From Flagellimonas oceanensis (lineage in GTDB: Bacteria; Bacteroidota; Bacteroidia; Flavobacteriales; Flavobacteriaceae), in NCBI RefSeq assembly GCF_003992595.1, contig NZ_RZNA01000047.1, positions 189,857-199,869 on the forward strand: a stretch of DNA of 10,013 nt. Direction: 5' to 3'. Under the pieces are notes generated by a model. The model was not told the origin of the DNA. It ran no database searches and saw only the letters and a program-made list of their open reading frames with translations. Below, one piece after another: positions 6,027-10,013 of this stretch; position 1 is the stretch's first letter; each line of letters opens with the position of its first letter. The position numbers were made by a program, and so were the translations under genes.

Positions 6027-6299
6027 ATGCAATTTCTATTCATTAGCGGAGCTGAGATTTTTTTCATCCTATTCATAGTGGTGATGGTGTTCGGTGCGGA
6101 TAAGATTCCCGGAATCGCCCGGGGGCTCGGCAAAGGAATGCGTCAACTTAAAGACGCCACGGATGACATTAAACGTGAAATCCAGAAGACCGCCGACGTC
6201 GACACCGACTTTACCAAGAATATCCGTAAGGAAATCGACGATGTGAAAAAGAATGTGGACGAGGTCTCAGGTTCCATCAAAAGAGATCTAAATAAGTAA
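6027..6299 (+). CDS. tatA: Twin-arginine translocase subunit TatA/E
   Basis: ATG 6027 is in frame with track ORF 5997..6299. The TTG at 5997 would place the start inside the terminator, so I reject it. MQFLFISGAEIFFILFIVVMVFGADKIPGIARGLGKGMRQLKDA shows one N-terminal TM helix, then F-G-x-x-K-I-P and an amphipathic R-G-L-G-K-G helix, followed by a charged tail. This is the hallmark TatA/E architecture. Length is 90 aa. Confidence 0.9.
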   Translation: MQFLFISGAEIFFILFIVVMVFGADKIPGIARGLGKGMRQLKDATDDIKREIQKTADVDTDFTKNIRKEIDDVKKNVDEVSGSIKRDLNK

Positions 6300-6307
6300 T
6301 CCCACCT

Positions 6308-6880
6308 ATGTTGGAAAAACTGCTCAAATGGGATAGAGACACCTTTGTTTATCTCAATGGGCTGGGCATTGAGGACTATGATGTGTTTTGGTCCACTGTG
6401 ACCAATTTCAACACTTGGATTCCCCTTTTTATTCTCTTCCTGATTTTATTTTACCTCAAGTTTTCAAGAAAAGAGGCCCTCTATAAATTTTTGACCGTTC
6501 TGGGGTTGGCGGTTTTCATTACCCTGGTCACGCATGTCACAAAAATTTCGGTGGCCAGGTTAAGGCCAAATAACACGGAGGAGATCAATACCCTTATCCG
6601 AATCCTGAAGACCCCAACGGACTATAGTTTTTTCTCCGGACACGCTTCCAGTTCGTTTTCCATAACCATGTTGGTGTTCCTTTTCTTAAGGCACAAAGTG
6701 AAATGGGCAATTTTGTTTTTCATCTGGCCCATCCTATTTGCCTTGAGCCGCATTTATGTGGGGGTTCACTTCCCAATTGATATTCTTGTGGGTATGGTGG
6801 TGGGCTTGCTGTCAGGATGGCTTTTCTATGGGCTCTATCAGCGTTTTATAGCACCCTACTCAACGTTAGCCCGTCCCTGA
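6308..6880 (+). CDS. PAP2-superfamily membrane phosphatase (phosphatidic acid / undecaprenyl-diphosphate phosphatase-like)
   Basis: Track ORF of 190 aa with multiple hydrophobic helices. All three acid-phosphatase motifs are present: K-x6-R-P (KISVARLRP), S-G-H (FSGHAS) and S-R-x5-H-x3-D (SRIYVGVHFPID). It starts 8 nt after tatA. Confidence 0.9.
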   Translation: MLEKLLKWDRDTFVYLNGLGIEDYDVFWSTVTNFNTWIPLFILFLILFYLKFSRKEALYKFLTVLGLAVFITLVTHVTKISVARLRPNNTEEINTLIRILKTPTDYSFFSGHASSSFSITMLVFLFLRHKVKWAILFFIWPILFALSRIYVGVHFPIDILVGMVVGLLSGWLFYGLYQRFIAPYSTLARP

Positions 6881-7487
6881 TGGGTAATAACACCGTTTCC
6901 ACCCTAGGGTCTTCCTTTAGTTTTTGATTGTATTTCAACAGTGCAGCTGTAGCCTTGTCGGATTTTTGTACAGGTTCCACCACCTTTCCCGACCAAAGAA
7001 CATTGTCGGAAAGAATGATGCTGCCCGGTTTGGTTTTCTTGATCACAGCTTCAAAATAAGCATCGTAGTTTACCTTTTGCGCATCAATGAAAACAAGGTC
7101 GAAGGTCTGGTTCAGGCTTGGAACAATATCCAGGGCATCCCCGATATGCTGTTTGATTTGAGGGCCCCACCCACTTTTGTCAAAATACCTTCGTTGCATC
7201 TCCTGGAGTTCCTCGTTTACCTCAATGGTATGCAGTTCCCCTTCGTTTTGAAGCCCTTCGGCCAAACACAAGGCTGAATAACCTGTGTAGGTGCCGATCT
7301 CCAAAATGTATTTGGGGTTGATGATCTTGGACAACATGCTCAATACCCTGCCCTGAAAATGCCCTGTGATCATTCGGGGTTGAATGACCTTTAAGTGCGT
7401 TTCTCGGGTAAGTTCCTGCAACAGTTCCGGTTCATCCTCAGAACTGTTGGCAATATAACTCTCCAAAATGGGCGATAGGAAATGCAT
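6846..7487 (-). CDS. Class I SAM-dependent O-methyltransferase (family 3, caffeoyl-CoA OMT-like, cation-dependent type)
   Basis: I use the ATG at 7487 (MHFLSPILESYI...), which lies inside track ORF 6846..7589. The 34 upstream codons are Cys/Leu/Phe-rich junk and would overlap the GNAT start. SAM motif I is ILEIGTYTGYSAL. The acidic and Asn positions typical of the metal-dependent subfamily are present (FIDAQK, LSDNVLW). Length is 213 aa. Confidence 0.9.
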   Translation of the reverse strand: MHFLSPILESYIANSSEDEPELLQELTRETHLKVIQPRMITGHFQGRVLSMLSKIINPKYILEIGTYTGYSALCLAEGLQNEGELHTIEVNEELQEMQRRYFDKSGWGPQIKQHIGDALDIVPSLNQTFDLVFIDAQKVNYDAYFEAVIKKTKPGSIILSDNVLWSGKVVEPVQKSDKATAALLKYNQKLKEDPRVETVLLPIRDGLTLSRVL

Positions 7488-7500
7488 GATATATTTTTCG

Positions 7501-7508
7501 CAAAAATA
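7501..7508 (-). promoter_or_regulatory. Candidate -7 box (TAttTTTG on the minus strand) for the O-methyltransferase, embedded in a 9-3-9 palindrome
   Basis: Plus-strand caaaaata is TATTTTTG on the minus strand and lies 13 nt upstream of the ATG at 7487. It is part of the inverted repeat TATATTTTT-cgc-AAAAATATA at 7490..7510. Confidence 0.35.
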
Positions 7509-7552
7509 TAGAAAAGAACTACATTGGAACAGTAGACAAACCAAAACTGCCC

Positions 7553-8017
7553 ATGACATTACCAAAGGTAAACATACGAACGGCAACACTGGAAGACCTA
7601 CCGGTGCTACTGCATTTTGAACAGGGACTCATAAATGCAGAACGTCCGTTTGATGTCACCATAAAAGAAGGAGCCATCAGCTATTACGACATTGAAGAAA
7701 TGATCCAAGACCCAAAATCCCATGTGGTGGTCGCGGAGGCAGACCATAAGATAGTCGCTTCAGGCTATGCCATTCCCAAAAAGGCCAGACATTATCTAAA
7801 TCATGATTTGTATGCCTATCTCGGTTTTATGTATACCGATGAGGATTATCGTGGGATGGGCATCAATGCCCAAATCGTTGATGAACTCAAACGATGGTCT
7901 CTGCAAGAAGGTTACAAAGAAATCAGATTGACCGTGTACAATGAAAACCTTCCAGCCATCAAGGCCTATGAAAAAGTGGGTTTTAAGAAGCACATCATCG
8001 AAATGCGCTTGGAATGA
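7553..8017 (+). CDS. GNAT-family N-acetyltransferase
   Basis: Track ORF of 154 aa. The N-terminus IRTATLEDLPVL is typical. The acetyl-CoA motif A is FMYTDEDYRGMGINAQIVDEL (R-x-x-G-x-G/A type), followed by LTVYNENLPAIKAYEKVGF. Confidence 0.9.
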   Translation: MTLPKVNIRTATLEDLPVLLHFEQGLINAERPFDVTIKEGAISYYDIEEMIQDPKSHVVVAEADHKIVASGYAIPKKARHYLNHDLYAYLGFMYTDEDYRGMGINAQIVDELKRWSLQEGYKEIRLTVYNENLPAIKAYEKVGFKKHIIEMRLE

Positions 8018-8049
8018 TTTTCTTTTCATCACATTACTTCCACAAATCG

Positions 8050-8057
8050 TATTTTTG
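8050..8057 (+). promoter_or_regulatory. Candidate -7 box (TAttTTTG) for kynureninase
   Basis: tatttttg is an exact TAnnTTTG match that ends 17 nt before ATG 8075. Confidence 0.35.
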
Positions 8058-8074
8058 ATGAAAACCAAAATAGA

Positions 8075-9343
8075 ATGACGTTCGAGAATACGCTTGAATT
8101 TGCCAAAAAGCTTGATGCTTCCGATGGATTGGCCTCCTATAGAAACGAATTCCACTACCCACAGGTCAATGGGAAAGATGTGATCTATTTCACGGGGAAT
8201 TCCCTCGGTCTTCAACCCAAACGGACACAAAAATTCGTGGACGATGTCATGAAGGATTGGCGGGAACTGGCTGTAGAAGGTCATTTTTATGCCGAAAAAC
8301 CCTGGTGGGACTACCACGAAAGACTTGCCGAAGGATTGAGCAAAGTGGTAGGGGCCAAGCCCAAGGAAATTTCAGTGATGAACACACTAACGGTCAATCT
8401 TCATTTGTTGATGGTGTCCTTTTACCGACCTACTGAAAAGCGTTTCAAGATCCTCTGTGAGGAAAAAGCATTTCCGTCCGATCAATATATGCTGCAAAGT
8501 CAGGTGCGCTATCACGGATTGAATCCTAAAGATGCCATAGTTGAGGTAAAAAAACGGGATGGTGAACATGCATGGCGCACGGAAGACATCATTCAAAAAA
8601 TCAATGAGGTAGGGGATGAGCTGGCCCTTGTGCTGATGGGTGGCGTTAACTATTACAATGGACAAGTGCTGGACATGGAAGCCATTACCAAGGCAGGTAA
8701 GGATGCTGGTGCCTTTGTGGGTTGGGATTTGGCCCACGGTGCAGGAAACATCAAACTGAACCTGCACGATTGGGGTGCTGATTTCGCCGCTTGGTGCAGT
8801 TACAAATACATGAACAGTGGCCCAGGGAATGCGTCGGGCATCTTTGTGCACGAAAGACATTTGGGGAAAGAAGACATTCCCCGTTTTGAAGGCTGGTGGG
8901 GCACTAAAAAAGAGACCCGATTTTTAATGCAACCTGAATTTGACCCCATTGAAAGTGCCGATGCATGGCAATTGAGCAATCCCCCCATATTGTCCATTGC
9001 GCCTTATTTGGCTTCCTTGGAGATATTTGATGAGGTGGGTATGGATGCCCTGATCGAAAAACAAAAGACCATTGTGTCCTATTTGGAGTTTGTGTTGCAC
9101 GAAATCGATAGGGAGGTGGACAGTACATTTGAGATCATTACCCCCGAGGCTAGAGGGTGCCAACTGTCCGTGTTTTTGCATGGAGAGGGCAAGGCCATCT
9201 TTGATTATTTAATGAAAAACGGTGTGATTACCGATTGGCGGGAGCCCAACGTTATCCGATTGGCCCCAGCACCCCTATATTGTTCGTACGAGGATATGTA
9301 CCGCTTTGGGCAAATTTTGAAGGGGGGAATACAGAACAAATAG
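8075..9343 (+). CDS. kynU: Kynureninase (PLP-dependent; L-kynurenine / 3-hydroxykynurenine hydrolase)
   Basis: Track ORF of 422 aa. It matches kynureninases block by block as I remember them, including the animal enzymes: YFTGNSLGLQPK, MNTLTVNLHLLMVSF, KAFPSDQY, GWDLAHGAGN, WCSYKYMNSGPG (PLP lysine K244, AAA at 8804..8806), SNPPIL, RGCQLS, RLAPAPLY. Confidence 0.95.
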   Translation: MTFENTLEFAKKLDASDGLASYRNEFHYPQVNGKDVIYFTGNSLGLQPKRTQKFVDDVMKDWRELAVEGHFYAEKPWWDYHERLAEGLSKVVGAKPKEISVMNTLTVNLHLLMVSFYRPTEKRFKILCEEKAFPSDQYMLQSQVRYHGLNPKDAIVEVKKRDGEHAWRTEDIIQKINEVGDELALVLMGGVNYYNGQVLDMEAITKAGKDAGAFVGWDLAHGAGNIKLNLHDWGADFAAWCSYKYMNSGPGNASGIFVHERHLGKEDIPRFEGWWGTKKETRFLMQPEFDPIESADAWQLSNPPILSIAPYLASLEIFDEVGMDALIEKQKTIVSYLEFVLHEIDREVDSTFEIITPEARGCQLSVFLHGEGKAIFDYLMKNGVITDWREPNVIRLAPAPLYCSYEDMYRFGQILKGGIQNK

Positions 9344-9380
9344 GCACCACTAAAATGAACCGACTAAACACGACCATTCA

Positions 9381-10013
9381 ATGAAATCCCTCTGGCTTAT
9401 TTTGTCCAATCCAAGGTATTTTGGAGTGGCATGGGTCTTTACCAGTATCAATATTTGGTTTGGTACCTGGGCGATTTATATCCCCACCGTAAAGGAAAAA
9501 CTGGACATCAATAAGGCTGATTTGGGGATAGCCCTTTTTTGTTTGTCCTTAGGGGTTTTCACTATTTTTCCCATAGCCTCCAAGGTCATCAATAAACTTG
9601 GGGTGGGGAGAGCCTCTTGGTATGGTGTGATATTTGCCTCCGTAACGGCCATGTTGCCGCTTATGGCGCCTAATTACTATCTGTTGATGGCGGCCTTGTA
9701 TCTTTTTGGCGCCAGCAATGGCTTTATCGATATTGCCATAAATACCTTGGTAACGGAGATTGAAAAGGAGGACAAGCAAAACTTCATGTCCGCGGCCCAT
9801 GGCTTTTTTAGTTTGGGCGGTATTTTGGTAGGACTGGGAAGCTTCTTGATTCCCGTCATTGGAAACCCGGTGTTGCACATGGGGATAACGGTGGTTTTGG
9901 TATTCATCATCAATTTTTTTCTGAAGAAGCATTACGTCCATGTTGTGGCAGCACCTGTGGAAAAGGAGCCCTTTAGCCTCAAATTGTTCAAGCCCTTGTT
10001 GCTTTTGGGCATT
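9381..10013 (+). CDS. MFS-type transporter, N-terminal 211 codons (continues beyond the right edge)
   Basis: The frame is open from ATG 9381 to the window end and is not in the track because it has no stop. The translation MKSLWLILSNPRYFGVAWVFTSINIWFGTWAIYIPTVKEKL...LGIALFCLSLGVFTIFPIASKVINKLGVGRASWYGVIF...LYLFGASNGFIDIAINT...AAHGFFSLGGILVGLGSFLIP shows successive hydrophobic helices. The short basic loop between the second and third helices (NKLGVGR) is typical of major-facilitator proteins. The minus-strand track ORFs at 9549..9941 and 9677..9913 are antisense shadows. Confidence 0.8.
   Translation, partial: MKSLWLILSNPRYFGVAWVFTSINIWFGTWAIYIPTVKEKLDINKADLGIALFCLSLGVFTIFPIASKVINKLGVGRASWYGVIFASVTAMLPLMAPNYYLLMAALYLFGASNGFIDIAINTLVTEIEKEDKQNFMSAAHGFFSLGGILVGLGSFLIPVIGNPVLHMGITVVLVFIINFFLKKHYVHVVAAPVEKEPFSLKLFKPLLLLGI

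Noticed and set aside
7488-7589. Upstream 34-codon extension of the O-methyltransferase ORF (track start 7589)
   Set aside because: The extension (MLPFVCLPLVMSWAVLVCLLFQCSSFLYFCEKYI) would run through the divergent promoter region and overlap the GNAT start. Family 3 OMTs are soluble and start near the MHFLSP... position.
7553-8017. GNAT acetyltransferase as the toxin of a GNAT/RHH-type toxin-antitoxin pair
   Set aside because: No small partner ORF (DUF1778/RHH-like antitoxin) overlaps or precedes it. Its neighbours are housekeeping-type enzymes, and nothing mobile or defence-related is nearby.
7796-9181. Minus-strand track ORFs 7796..8317, 8387..8860, 8800..8997, 8904..9128 and 8924..9181, plus the plus-strand ORF 6924..7277
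   Set aside because: They are antisense shadows of the GNAT, kynureninase and methyltransferase genes, and none has a motif or sensible start context.
1-10013. Search for a mobile element, genomic island, CRISPR array, tRNA/rRNA or defence system
   Set aside because: I found no integrase, transposase or recombinase-like ORF, no terminal inverted or direct repeats flanking a block, no regularly spaced short repeats, no tRNA-like cloverleaf candidates in the short intergenic spaces, and no visible compositional break. The content is housekeeping and envelope genes.

Overview
This window reads as ordinary, densely packed chromosomal DNA from a Bacteroidota genome, probably a Flavobacteriaceae-type organism. 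That placement is an inference from four things: A-rich leaders with no Shine-Dalgarno tracts before start codons, several TAnnTTTG -7 boxes, A|Q signal-peptidase sites, and an animal-like kynureninase. I support eleven protein genes. (1) 1..1176 (-): the 5' part of an exported, repeat-rich fibre or adhesin-like protein. (2, 3) 1390..2130 and 2127..2936 (+): two tandem paralogous exported proteins with a carboxypeptidase-regulatory-like domain. (4) 3049..3567 (+): a small exported protein of unknown function. (5) 3628..5946 (+): an exported M1-family zinc metallopeptidase, followed by a clear intrinsic terminator. (6) 6027..6299 (+): tatA. (7) 6308..6880 (+): a PAP2 phosphatase. (8) 6846..7487 (-): a class I SAM O-methyltransferase. 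(9) 7553..8017 (+): a GNAT acetyltransferase. (10) 8075..9343 (+): kynureninase. (11) 9381..10013 (+): the 5' part of an MFS transporter. I see no tRNA or rRNA, CRISPR array, transposase, integrase or recognisable defence gene, and no sign of a mobile island. The best candidate for something undescribed is the co-directional exported cluster at 1390..5946. Three of its four proteins have no known function: two SusC-N-terminus-like proteins that lack a barrel, and a small protein whose predicted mature N-terminus is a histidine. They sit directly upstream of a catalytically intact M1 peptidase. All family calls come from motif recognition by eye, because no database search or folding program was available. 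Functional ideas are labelled as inference.
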